A DNA stretch of 64,000 nt from Callorhinchus milii (taxonomy: Eukaryota). Location: the NCBI RefSeq assembly GCF_018977255.1, contig NW_024704743.1, forward strand, positions 73,844,001 to 73,908,000, read 5' to 3'. A program made the translations under genes and the position numbers. The number at the start of each line of letters is the position of its first letter. Within the stretch, counting starts at the first letter, position 1. Of the stretch, positions 24,216-37,400 are shown in pieces. Below the pieces are notes generated by a model. It saw nothing but the letters and a program-made list of their open reading frames with translations, ran no database searches and was not told the origin of the DNA.

Positions 24216-26099
24216 TTGTCCATCTCAGACCATCAGGATCAGGATATTACTGGAGTTTAACCAGCTAAAAACATGCAATTTACCATTTCAAACAGTGGCA
24301 AGCTTTCCACTGCTTGTCCAGCTGGGCCCATTCTACCTGTTTGGATTTAGTCTTCCAGGATTGACAGGAGCCTAATGGGAAGAATCACAGCAATCAGTAA
24401 CTGGTTTGACATTTTCATTGCTGTCACTATTCAGTGTGCTATAACTCGGAAATATGTGTGAATTGTTATATTTTCTATTCAAAATTAGAGCAATTTTTGG
24501 TGAGTTTTGGTGAAAGAAGTGGTGCTGAATTAATTCAATCCTATCTTCTAGTCCGTGTTTTACTGTGGATGTACATGAATTTAATTAAGTTACAAAAGAT
24601 AATGCAGTTTTAGATTTTTATTTAGCGTGCTGCTTTTATAAGTTATTTAGGTTCAACAGAGCTAATGCACAATGCTAGACACTGTCAGGCAGCTGTGGAT
24701 ATCCATGCATGAAATAGCAAGGACGACATTTACTATTGTTCTCTGTTGAAAGAGCTGCTGTTAGTCACAGGAAATGCACTGGTCAATCACAGATATCACC
24801 GAGTCCTTTCAGTTGTATTCAAAGCCTTTTAATTGTTTCTCAGTGAAGTGCGTCCTGATGTAAGTACTTTTGAATTGATGTGTTTTAGTTTCTGTCCTCC
24901 CTGGAAATGTGGAGCTAAACAAGGCTGCATTGTCCAAAGTACAGCATTGAACTGTCAGCACCTCCCTTTTGGTGTGGCAAACTGGCCCAAGATTGATAAC
25001 ATAACTTAAAAGCAGTGACTTTGACAACATGCACTTCCGATGGGAATTTGTTGTTGTAAACGCACATCTGCACTTACAATACAATTTACATTTATATAGC
25101 GCCTTTCCTGCCGAGAGGCCATCTCAAAGCAATCTCACTGTATATTCCTTGACTCCAATAATATACTAATGTATATCAACCCACCTACACCACCCCGATT
25201 ACATTTTAAACATATGAATATAATTGTCTATAAAATATACAGCCACTGCACTTTACAATAAAATCCTGTGAATTGCTTTCAAATGTCCTTCTGATGTGAA
25301 AGGCACTATATCAAATGCAGGGATTAATATTCTAATCGGTCATTGTTTGTAGTTACAGCAATTGTGGGTTACTCTTGCTGATCAGAAATTAACACACCAC
25401 GAGAAACATAATGGGTTGCCAACAATTAGCTGGGGCTTGCTCCACACTGACATCTGTCTTTTTTAACAAACCTAATTAAGGGTAATGTTGCACCCTTGGC
25501 ATCGGATTTCAGTTCAAACAGATTTTGCTGGGTGAGAGAGAGCTGGGAAATCCAAGCTTGTGCTTTCACTAGCACTCTCACTGAATTCACAAGAATTGTC
25601 CAAACATACAATATCCAGAAAGAGTGAGAACAGGACTGAATTAATGGCAGCTGAATTGCCTTCTAAGGTCCAGCGTTATTATAAGGTTGGCAAAATGATT
25701 ATTTTACTTGTACTGGTAAAACCTATTTGTGAATGGCATCTGAAAGTCAAATAAATTCAAACAGTTGTGATTCTGGCACAAATTGGCAGGATATGGTGCT
25801 TGCCTCTGCCGCACGTGCGCACACACACACACACAGCCATTCACTTCTGTTTAAAACTATTAACCTTTTGATGTTTTTTCACTCTAAAAAAAACTTATGC
25901 TTAAAATTAAGTAGCTTTGCAATTTTGCAATCTCTCTTACTCTTAATTGCAAAGATCAGTCCTAATTGCAAATTTCTCCTCACATTTCTTACTCACTCCT
26001 AACATTTAAAACCTATGCTTCAATTGCACCTATGGTCACCTCCTCCCATCTAAAATCTCACCTAAAACCCTTGTCTGGTAACCTGCTCACTGCTTTTCC

Positions 26100-26690
26100 A
26101 GCCAACAACAATGAAAATTACATTTGTAAAGTGCCTTTCATGTCAGGAGGATGTCCCAAGGTGATGAACAGTCAGGGATCAGGTCCCAAGCATAGGGGCA
26201 GGGTTGGGATGAGAGACGGCAGAGAGGTGGGAGGGCGACTGAGGGCACGGTCGAAAAGGAGGGTCTTGAGTCGTCTCTTGAAGGAGACAAAGGAGGGAGT
26301 AAGGCAAAGGGATTGTGGGATGGAGTTCCAAAAAGTGGGGGCAGTGAGGCTGAAAGCCTGGCCACCGATAATAGAATGGGTCGGGCGGGAGACATGGAGC
26401 AGAGCCTGCTGAATGGAGGGAGTGGACAGATTGATACAGGGTTAACAGGTCAGAGAGGTAGGAGGGAACAAGGTCTTGGAGGGCCTTGAAAGTGAGTACG
26501 AAGATTTTCAACTCTATCCTCTGAGGGATGGGAAGCCAGTCGAACCGACAAGGGTCGGGGTGATGGGGTCACCAAGCCTGGTGCAGGAGAGGACACGAGC
26601 TACAGAGTTCTGGATGATCTGCAGCTTGTGGAGGGAAGAATTGGCGAGGCCGAAAAGGAGGGATTTTCTGTATTCGAGCCTTAGGCCACT
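26100..26690 (-). mobile_element. L2 3' fragment
   Basis: SSLHKLQIIQNSVARVLSCTR and KIFVLTFKAL fragments; caacaacaa tail. Confidence 0.88.
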
Positions 26691-29259
26691 GTTCCACTTA
26701 GGACTTTGACTTGTAGGGGTTACAGCCACCAAATGGGAAGAATCCCTACCCACAGTGATGGGACTGCTCTTGCAACTGAGCAAGGCTAGCAGTCCTGTCA
26801 TCAACAGTGCCCTGCAGTATTGCAGATCCCCCTGATTCAGGAACTGGATTACCAAAACTGCCACACAGGAAGGATTGATTTGGGTCTGACATTCTATGAC
26901 CAAGCACATTCCTTTGGAGCCAGTTAACTCCAAGGAGGCTCCACTTGCTATGCCCCTCCCACTCCTCCCCACCCTTAGAGGACTGTCACTATTCGTTCAT
27001 TTGGCTTTCTTTTGGTCAGCCAGGGCCTGACACATGCAGACACCCATCCCATCATGTTTAAGAGTATTCAAACCAAACTGAAAATTCTACTTATGCCATC
27101 TACACTTGGAAATTTTCACATCTGGAATGGAATGCACACTTTCTCTTCAGATGGACGTATCCTACTTACCTAATTCCAGAGAGTATTAGGTGCAAAAGCC
27201 AAGGCTTGGAGATTCAAGACTATGTACTAGGAGTTTAACCAGCTAAAACTGTAGTGCTTGCCAAAAGATCTGCCTGGCAAGCTTCCCAATTGTCCAGCTA
27301 GGATCACCCTACCCGTTAGGGCCTTTGGCTTGCAGGGTTAAAAGGAGCTGAGTGGGAGGAAGCCCTACCTCAGTAAATGGCCCCATCATTTGACATCTGA
27401 CATGTTTAAGTTCTCACTGGATAGATAGCAGGTACCTGTGAGTTTCCTCGTGAGCAGCACAACTCAGCAAAAATGTGTGAGAGCGTTGGCACTATCCCCT
27501 TGCTCAGACACACATCCCTATGCACTGAGCAATGTTTCTACCAGTTGGAAGTGCAGAGCTTCAGCAACAGTTTCAGTTAGTTTGCTTTCTGTACACTAAT
27601 CAAGGTATGCTGAGATTTCGGCATCTTCACAAGAGAAGAAAGGAGACGAGGGCGGAAAGTGGCAACAACCTGACATAATAATGTAAAATAAGCATTACAT
27701 AAACAATATACATAATGAGATGGCAGTTATACATTCCATATGAGAGAGTGCAGTAACGCATATCAACAAAAATACTCTGGTTTGGTGAGATATTAAGATT
27801 TACATTTAACTGTTTAGTTTTCAAAGATCAAGACTTGAGGAAGAAAGTTAATAATCCTTGTATTTGATATGGCGCTTTTCCATGTCAGGAGTATGTATCG
27901 ATGCACTTTCCAGCGTTTACTGTTTAGTGCAGTACTACGTATTTTTTAGGCGAACATATCAGTCAATTTGCACACAGCGATGTTCCACAAACAACCAGGA
28001 CATAATTTTAAGCAAGGTATGCTGTTTTTATATTTGACTGGAGTGACTGGAGTCTATATTCATTGGTTAAAATGGCAACGCAAGCTGTAAGCAACATTGA
28101 AGGCTTCAGATCTTTTGATCTTAATTCAGAGCAAGTTGCATTCTATTTATAACAGAAGTCAGATCTGAGTTTTGGGGTTAGAAATCAATTTATTGTGGAA
28201 TAGAAAGATGAGATTGTGCTCAGTCTTAAAGCAAATAGATTACTTTTACAGACATCGCTATTAGTAACTGAGTACAGTATCCAAATTAGGTATGCTGTAT
28301 TTTCTCCCTCTCTTTCCCTTCTCTCCCCAAAGTCCCACTTAATATGACTAATCCTTTTAACGCCTTGGGAAATTCTGTTTAATTGTTTTAGTTTATTGTT
28401 AGCTGATTTCCATGACATTGTAACTGAATAACAGATGTGAGACTCAGATTTGCCTCTCTGGAATTAAATTAGCCAAATCTAATCCTGTTAAAGGAGAGTT
28501 GAAAGAACGTCCCTGCTAAATAGATTGTAGTCTGTTATGTAAAAGAATTGCTTCTCAGTTTCATAACTGAATGTTACTTTGCAAATTCCTGGATAATAAG
28601 CTTCTCACTATACTTCAGGCAGACAGTCTCCTTTATGGGCACCAAAATTTCCCATTTGAAATTCATGTTGGTGCCTTGAGATTATATAGTGAATGCTTGA
28701 ATTCAATAAATTATCTATGTATTTTTCTCTGTGCATAGTGTGGCACTAAACGAGTAGCCACATAATCTCCAATTTGATCCTCGGTTTGTACAAAGAGAGA
28801 CAAATTGTCTCTATTTTACATTGACTGAAGGAAATGGAGGAATTTTTCCAATTTACACTGAAATAGGACACTGCTTGTGGAAGACAAAAGAGTGTGAATG
28901 TTTTGAGAAAACATCACTTTTTTTGTGGTCTGCCATATGACTGATATACACAGAAACCCATCGCCATGCCCAAGAGTATCCAAACAAAGCTGTATCGCAT
29001 CTACACATGGAAATTCTCGTGTATTGGAATGGAATGTACACAGTCTCCCTAGAGGGACGCACATTCCAATACACAGGAATAGGACAGTGCTACTGAAAGG
29101 GTGTGAATATTTTGAGAAAAGCATTAGATGTTTAATTGTGCTGCACACCAGAAAAATCATAGATTACAGTACAGAAATGGGTCAGACACATCTGTGGAGA
29201 AGCCTCACAGTTTCCTCATCAGCTATCTGACAGACATCTGCCTTCAGAAATTTCACAGG

Positions 29260-29922
29260 AAGTTCCTGGTACCTACCATTCACCTAGTGAGCGCTCAAAC
29301 CCACGTTTGTTGGATGTCAAATGACCAACTAGTGACTATCCTCCTTGGGGATGCAAGCAGAGTCTCCCTGGAACTGAACTGGCTCTGAGATGACATGCTT
29401 GGCAACGGAATGTCGGAATCGAGCCAGCCCTCCAGTTCCTGAGCCAAGTGGCTCCGCAGTACTCCAAGAACTTCTGACGACAGCATAGCGAGCCTCGCTC
29501 ATTGGTAAGACCTGGAAGGGCAGACCTGTCACTGGGGCCAGTGAGTCATCCCACTCAGCTCCTATTAGCCTTGCAAGCCAAAGCCCTAACAGGTAGGATA
29601 AGCAGTGAGAAAACTTGACAGACAGCAATATCAATGGGAAGTTGTGTGGTATTAGCTGGTTAGATTCCAGCAGTAACCTAACGCAAACTGTGGGGCCTCC
29701 AAGTCTTGGCTCTTGCCAACCTGCACCTAATACTTTTCGGAATTAGGTAAGCAGGATGCATCCTTCTAGGGGGAGCGTACACATTCCATTCAAACAATCT
29801 ATCTCTGGAATTTCCATGTGTTGGTGGGATGCATGGAATTCTCAGTTTGATTTGGATACTCTTAAGCATGGTGATGGGTTTCCGCATGTGTCAGAAACCT
29901 GGCTGACCAAAAAATAATGTAG
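29260..29922 (-). repeat. Longest copy of an unclassified interspersed repeat (about 10 fragments in window)
   Basis: Shared motifs tttggtcagcc, gaaacccatc, aagagtatccaaa, ggaatggaat, tattaggcacaggttggcaagagccaag, ggagtttaaccagctaaaac recur at 11030-11340 (-), 24225-24430, 26690-27450, 28918-29075, 38018-38530, 43985-44345, 44545-44835, 56622-56878. Confidence 0.8.
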
Positions 29923-29924
29923 CC

Positions 29925-30345
29925 CCACTCTCCTGCTTTTTCTCCATACCCTTTAATAATCATCCTCTTCAAGAAGCTAACTAATTCCTTTTGAAAAGAA
30001 TGAATGGACTACCTCAACAATTTCACATTCCATATGCCTAAAATTGTTTTTGTAGCTTCCCGTTTAATTCCCTTTGTGATTATCTTAAATTTGTGCCTTC
30101 TCATTACTGACTTGTCGGGCAGTGGAGATAACCCAATGCTAAACATTCATAGTTTCAAAGACCTTAATTGAGATCAGCTCTAAATAGCCTCAGCTCTTGT
30201 GATAAAAGTCCTAACTTTTCAAGTAACTTTTCATAACTGAAACCCCTCGAGCTGGTAAAATCTTAGTTAATGAATCTACATTGCATCTGTTCAATCGTTT
30301 TGATATCCTTACTGTATGGGGTGCCCACAACTGTTCACAATACTC
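29925..30345 (-). mobile_element. Degraded CR1 3' fragment
   Basis: gatatccttactgtatggggtgcccacaactgttcacaatactcta (reverse: LEYCEQLWAPHTVRI-like) followed by CR1 3' region. Confidence 0.7.
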
Positions 30346-30371
30346 TAATATTTATGTCTTTATTATTACAG

Positions 30372-30417
30372 ATTTGATAGTTGGTGCCTTTGGAGCTAGT
30401 AAAGTTGTTGTTTATAG
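30372..30417 (+). CDS. ITGA8: ITGA8 exon (probable exon 14), 46 bp
   Basis: tacag|ATTTG...ATAG|gtaagt; (D)LIVGAFGASKVVVY(R), end of beta-propeller. Confidence 0.95.
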
Positions 30418-31270
30418 GTAAGTGGCAAAAATAATGAATGGCTATATTGCTCTGATTGAGGACATGTCGGTATTAAGTCAATATGTGCTCTCTGTTGGCT
30501 ATTACAGAGAGGTGGAGGGAAGTTTCACCTCTATATAAACATCCGTTCAATGTATGGATATTTCAAACCTTTGTAATGTATGTTATTTATGTTACATTTC
30601 AGTGAGACGAGAGAGGATCTATTGAAAATAATCATCAAGATATCAGGATTACCAATTTTCTTCTACTAAGATGCTAACTCTTTGCTAGCGTATAGCACTG
30701 TGGACACAGGGCACCCTCTGGTACTTCATCCAAGTGCTCATTCTTTGTGTGAGCAGTGCGTGTCACTGAATTGTTTGAGTGTGGGAAGCAAGAAAGCCTA
30801 GCCTCATCCTGTTCTCAGCCAACATCCACATATACACTTGTTTAAACACTAAATAGAGCCATCTAGAGCATGAACCTTGTCTGCTCTTTCCCCTCAGTAA
30901 TCCATGGATTTTAAGACCAACTGTAGCACTCAAAATGCTGCCCTGCTGAAATTAGGAAATTCAGCACAGATTGTTTTTTGAACCTGAGAACTGTGGTCTC
31001 TGTGGCTCAGTGTTACCTTGTTGATCCTTTACTTGCAAAACTATTGGGGTGTCCTATAAAAATAATCTGTGTTTTCATATTTGATTTTGCTATTGGATGA
31101 AACAATCTGTTGCAGGAAAAACTTAGATAGCCACATGAATTTTTGTTCGTTATTGCCCAATAAAACAATGCGAAAGAATGTACAGAGCAAATAAAGTAAA
31201 TAGGATATAATGGAGTTACTTTTGGAATTCAATCAATTGTTAATGTATTAAATGGACCCTTATGCGCTAT

Positions 31271-31470
31271 AAATAAAAACAAACTCGCTGGGAATACTCA
31301 GTCGCTGGGAACAGGTCAGGCAGCATTTATGGAGAGAGAAAAATGAATTAACATTTCAGGTCGATGAACTTTCATCAGAACGAAAGGTCATCCATAGATG
31401 TTGCCTGACTGCTGAATGTTTCCAGCAACTTTGGTTTTTACTTCAGATTTCCAACATCTGCAGTAATTTT
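31271..31470. mobile_element. Penelope-like terminal-repeat fragment in inverted arrangement, with a decayed minimal hammerhead ribozyme core
   Basis: Left arm gctgggaatactcag...caggtcaggcagcatttatgga mirrors right arm tccatagatgttgcctgactgctgaatgtttccagc; minus strand 31378-31354 reads CTGATGA-a-agtt-catcg-acct-GAAA. Confidence 0.7.
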
Positions 31471-32313
31471 CCTTTTTTTCCCCCTCAGGTGTTATAGACA
31501 AATATTTTGCCCACAAATATACAGCCAATTCACTTTACGGTGTATTCTGTGAAGCGCTTTGGGACGTCTAGAAGACGTGAAAAGCGCTATATCAAATGCA
31601 AGGATTATTATTATTATAGACAATTTTACTCTCACACCACACAGCTTCATTCCCAACATCATTCTGAATGGTTACATCCATGAGCCAGGTCTTTGTGAAC
31701 TTTCAGCTGACGACTTTCATCTGTTGATTAACAGGATGGTAACCTTTTATTAAACAAAAAAAACAGAATAGCTGTTCCTCCCCCGCCCCTCCACCCCCAA
31801 AAAAAGCTTGGCTTCCCAGTCAGTTGTGTGTGAATCGCTCTGTACATCCACCAGCTGTAAAAGGTGTTAGGTAAATGTAAGTTGTTGTTGTTCACTGACG
31901 TCGTCATTTAGAACAATGTGAGAAATATCAAACAATTGGCTAAATTAACCTCAACAACAATTATTAGGAGAGGGTGCAAAACTGTAAGAGTTTTCCAGGC
32001 TTGTTCCAAGCATCTTTACTAATTTTATCAGGGTAATGATAAAACATATGATAAAAGTCACAGAATAAGATTTTTAAAGTAGTGATACTGTTGGGATGGA
32101 GGAGAGGCATGAGAGGAGAAATGGCATTTAGAGATGGGATGGCTAGACAGACTGCAATGGTCCTCTGGTCTAGTCTTTTTACAGTCCTGCCTCATTTGCT
32201 GGTGTGCAGTGCTGGTGCCAATGCATATTCTGCATCTTTTTCTTATCAACATGTGAACATGAGAGTATGAACATTTGTCTACAAACTGTGAAGTGTTTAT
32301 TCTTTATTTGCAG

Positions 32314-32421
32314 AGCCAGGCCTGTTGTGACTGTACACGCTCAACTACAATTGAACCCTTCCATCATAAACCCTGAGAATAAAAGCTGCATTCTGCCGGA
32401 ATCGGAGTCCTTAGTGTCATG
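32314..32421 (+). CDS. ITGA8: ITGA8 exon (probable exon 15), 108 bp, start of thigh domain
   Basis: tgcag|AGCCAGG...CATG|gtgagc; (R)ARPVVTVHAQLQLNPSIINPENKSCILPESESLVS(C). Confidence 0.95.
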
Positions 32422-33559
32422 GTGAGCAAACAATGATGACAGAGGGAAGATATTGCCCTTCTGACACCAAAACCCTACGATTTGTGCTGCCATTTGACAC
32501 TTGACCTAGCAGTGTTGATAATTTAGAAAATGACCTTCATCAACCTGTTTAAGGTCAAAAATTGAATTTAAACACCATCTGGGCTATAATATGCTGATTG
32601 CGATCTGCTGTAGAATTTACATAAGATATTTAATAAATATTACTTGTGTCTAATGTAGCAACCATCACATTAAAAAAAACTGCTTTGCATGTAATTGCTC
32701 TCAAATGCAATGTTGGTGTATTTTAGGCAAATGCAGCAGCCCAGCAAGGTTGTACAAACAGGCATGAGGTGAATGGCCAATTTATGTGAAGGATTTAGAT
32801 GAGGACCCAGAGAAACTTGTGATGCTTGTGGGTCTACAACAGTCAATGTGTTATTATTCTGCTTCTTTAAATCTGATTTGAAGATAACAAATTATTCACA
32901 AGCAAAGGATGGAAATTGCATTATAATCTGGTCTACAGAGTTAACCATGCAGAGAATTCACTCTAGAAATTAATGTGAATGTATGGTTTATTAGTTAATC
33001 CCATTTAGAATAGGAGCTGATGTGCTTTGTTCGGGCCAGGCACTCTGGAACACATGAAAATGATTAGGAAGAAAATCGGCTACAGAGAATGCTTTTCTGA
33101 TCTTCTGGGATAAATTACAGCATTTCTGGGACTGCCAGGGGCCTTCTGCCTGTTGATGTGCATTTTGGGATTTGTGGAATCGGCAGAAGGAATTCTGTTG
33201 ATGGTATGCTGGGCTAGAAGGGTTGGCCGTAGGGGTTTCTCTGGGGTAGAAGTGAGCTGAATGCTAACCATGAAAGTGGAAAGCACTGACATTCGTCACG
33301 GGCAACAAGCTTTGTTGGGTGCATTTGGGAACTAGGCAGAAATATGGATGAACTTGGTTTGAAATTGCTTTATTACAAGTGAGATGCAAGACAAAATCAA
33401 ATTGAATTACCAAAACAATTCACAAATGTTCTGACCAAAACGAGATAAGACTAGTTCACCCAGATAATTCCATTGTATGTCTCACACTTTATTGGCGCTG
33501 AGATCTGAAGGTTTGACTTGGACTCAGTATATGTGAATTTGATAATCTGTGTGGATTTT

Positions 33560-34410
33560 CTACACTTCTACTCGGATCCTGTCTGCCTGTCTGTCAGACA
33601 TCAAGTCCTGGATGAACCACAATTTCTTGCAACTCAATATGGATTAGATGGAAGCCATCCTGATTGGCTTTCACCAACACCTTTTCATTTCTGGCTCGTA
33701 TCTCTCTAATTTCCCTGACCTCTCTCTCAAACTCACCAAACCAGTGCACAGCCTTGGCATCCAGTTTAACCTTTAGCTTTCTTTTCTCCCTCCCATTCAG
33801 TCTGAGAACAAGACTCTTCTTCCCCTTTGCCACATTGCCCACCTCCACCCCCATTTCACCAAATGCTCCAATACCCTTCTTCATGTCTTTGTTAGCCCCT
33901 GCCATAACTTTACATATACATTCCTCATAGCTCTCCTTAGCATCACCATCAATAAACCCCCAACTAGTCAAAAACTCCACCGCCTGCATTCTCACTCCCT
34001 CCAAATTCAGCACATTCATCCCCCCAGTCCTCACCAGGTTCCATTGGTTCCTTGCCTCCCATCATACCAATTTTAAGGTGCTTACTCTTACCTGTAATTC
34101 GCTCAATATCCAGGCACATTTCCATCTCTTTGATCATTTCCTATCCTTCTCCTCTGCTTGCCACCTCCACTCGGCTAACTCAAGCTTGCTGGGTATCCCC
34201 TACCTCTTCACAGCCACTGTTGATGGCTAAACTTTCCAGTTGTATACCAGTAACCTTCATCTATCTCTCCTTCTCACCACTCTCTATCTATCTTAAGTCT
34301 TAGCTTAAAACCAATCCTCAGCGTCACCCCCCACCCCGCCTGGCATTCCCAGTCAGCTGTGATGATCTTTGCGATGTTCACCAATCATGAAAGGCTCTAT
34401 AAAATCTTAA
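33560..34410 (+). mobile_element. Heavily degraded L2 3' fragment
   Basis: gcctgtctgtcagacatcaagtcctggatgaaccacaatttcttgcaactcaat (CLSDIKSWMNHNFLQLN); caactagtcaaaaactccaccgcctgc; L2 tail. Confidence 0.78.
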
Positions 34411-37400
34411 TTGTAATTGGATTATGAAAAGTGTCCCAGTTACACTGGGGTGTGCTCACTTTGTGTTTGAATTGGACCCAGACTGAAATAATCCCCTAAA
34501 GGGGTCCCATTGAGATCATTACTGATTTCACATGTACAGTTTTCTGAGTTGCATTAATAGTCAGACTGTGATTAACATTGGTCAGAGCTATCCTGACTTC
34601 TGACGTGCACTGACTTGGGTCAGTGCTGATAATTGCCACAGGGGAAACCCGGCTAAATGCTGTGAATAGGCCCTCGAGTACCTTAAACCTTTGTAAATGG
34701 AAACCGGTTCTTCTAAAAGCAAATGATTGACGAGCGTCACAAGTCAATGTAGACACACTGTGTGTGGGTTCCAGCTGCGGAAAATTGTAGTATATCTGAC
34801 ACAAGAGAATAGGTCACGATGGGTCAGATTAGAGGTTATACCAAAGGGAATAATTTCTATCTGATTTTGCCAAGTACGGAAGCTGCGTTTAGGCTGACAT
34901 TTTACAGGATATTTATCAATCAGTCTCTCTGTATCATTTAGTCTTTCATTTCATAATATGTTTGCTCTATGAATATTTATTGAAATCAATTCTTTGTATA
35001 CGTATGTTACATTGCTGGTTAGGAATAAATGCGTATGCACACAAGTACAGGTTTTAGAAAGTGCCTTTCAAATGGATCAGATAGATGAAGAATATTGAAA
35101 GGTGTAGAGAGTGAGCAGAAGAGTGAGAGTGAGATTAGATTGTGAGAAGCACCATGTAGCCTGCTGGGCTAAATGGCCTATTTCACCCAATAAATATGCA
35201 GTCAATTCACTTTACAGTATATTCTGTAAAGCACTTTGAGACATCTCAATAGCATGATAAGGCTAACTATATCAAATGCAAGGATTATTATTTCTTTGCT
35301 GTAACATTGTATGATTCCACTATTCTATGATTGATAATAATAATCCTTACATTTGATATAGCTCCTTTCATGTTAGGAGGGCATTGTAAAGGGCTTCACA
35401 TGATATACTATGACGTGGAGTGACTGTGTGTTTTGTGGGTGAACTCGCAGCCAATTTTGCACACAGGAATGCCTCCCAAGCAGCCATGAAGTGAAGGACC
35501 AATTTTCTCTATTCCCAATTCATGAAGTATTAGCTTTATTAGTCAGCCTTAGAGTCTAATAACACTGCCGTTGGGGCGGGGTGGGTTAATCTGCTGAGGG
35601 AACATCCTACAAACAGTAATGAGAATGAATTCTGTGAAATACAGTAGTGTTTAAATTTTAAGAGTGGATTTTTAATGTTCACATAAATGACAAATGGGAT
35701 TTCAGTTGCAAATCTTATGTAAAGGCTGGCACCTCCAAGAATGCAGAGGTTAGACATTGAGACAAAGTAGATTATAATGAATTTATGGCCTAAAATTCCA
35801 CCTAGTTTTAGACAATAAGACCATTTTGTCTTAATTTGTAAGGTGGTACAGAATTGTGGAAAATTCTTCAATTCAGTCTTCCTTTGAAAGCCGGTTCCTT
35901 TTAAGATCTGCACAAAGCTGACTTCCAAATGAATTTGGAATAGATAAATTTTCCACAGCTAAAACTGTAGATATTCCTAGCACAGGAGAAGGCCATTTGG
36001 CCTATTGTGTCTATGCTGGCTCTTTTAAAGAGCAATCCTTTCAGTCCCCATATATCTGCACAATCTTAAATTTTAAGCAAAATAGTCTGTTTAGCTAAGA
36101 TTAGGTGGCATTTGATTAATTGGAAATGATCATTTCTGCTATACCTACGCAACAGGAGTTTCCATCATAAAGACGTAACAAAAAAGATTTGTAGTGATCA
36201 AAGTACATTAGACCTACTAGTGAGTGTGTGTGTATGTAGGTGGAGGAGGGTGGAGGGCTATGGTCCAAGTCAACAAGCACATGGACGAACGTGTAATTCT
36301 GCGGAATGCTTGGGATCTGCCATGAACTTCACTGAAGCAGATAGAATTGATTTTAATATTCCCCTGACTTAAATGAGGCATAGTGCATTGCAGTCAACAG
36401 AAAGCAGTTATGTTAACCAAGGCAACATTGCCTCTTGCACTGATTACTTTTTCATACTCTGTGAACATATTGCCAACTGTTTTTCGATGTTTACTGTATA
36501 TTTTCAGACTCCCAGAGACTTCATCAACTGTAGGTATATAGCTTTCTGTCCTGAGAACTTACTGAGCAAACTGATGCGTATCACAGCAGGCTGGCTACAT
36601 GCCTGAAATTCCACCTAGTCTTAGTCTGCAAAACCATTTTGTCTTCAAATTTAAGAGCCCTTCGACCCACGGAAAACTCCTAAATTTGCTCTTAATAACC
36701 CAGCTCAGTCGGGAGCACTGTTGCCTCTGAGGCAGAAGGTTGTGAGTTCAAGCCTCAAGTCACAAAATGAGCATTTTAAAATCTGGAAATTACTTTTGTA
36801 AAAACGAACGGTATGCAACTCGCTTTCATTTCCCCTCACTTATTCTACACTTTTCAAAATAATAATCCATGTTCCTCATTATCCAGATCAGTGTTTTTAG
36901 CTCTGATCAACTTATCAGCGGGCTCCGGCCTGCTTCACGTCCCCCGCCTCGCTCGTCCTATTATTAGCCCCCACCTTCTGGAACTCCATCCCACAGTCCC
37001 CCTGCCTCGCCCCCTCCCTTGCCACCTTCAAGACCCATCTCACGATCCTTCTCTTCGACCATGCTTTAGATCTCCCTGCTTCCCCACTTGCCCTCCACCC
37101 TCTCCGACCCATCCCCCAGCTCGGGTCCGGAACTCTGTCTGTCCAGCGCCTTGGGACGTCCTCCTGGCTCTTTACAAATGTAATTTTGTTGTCGTGGTTA
37201 TCCAGTAACAGTCTGGCTCACTTGGCTGCACTCTTACCACTGAGTCAAAAGGTCATCAGTTTAAGCCCCAGGTGGAGAGTTTGAGTTCAGAATCTAATGC
37301 AGGAAATGCTACAGTGTTGTCGGCCCTTGTATTGTTGGAGTTTCCATCCTTTGGATGACATTATAACAAAGTTTTGTTGAGGTAGATGTCAAAAATCTAA

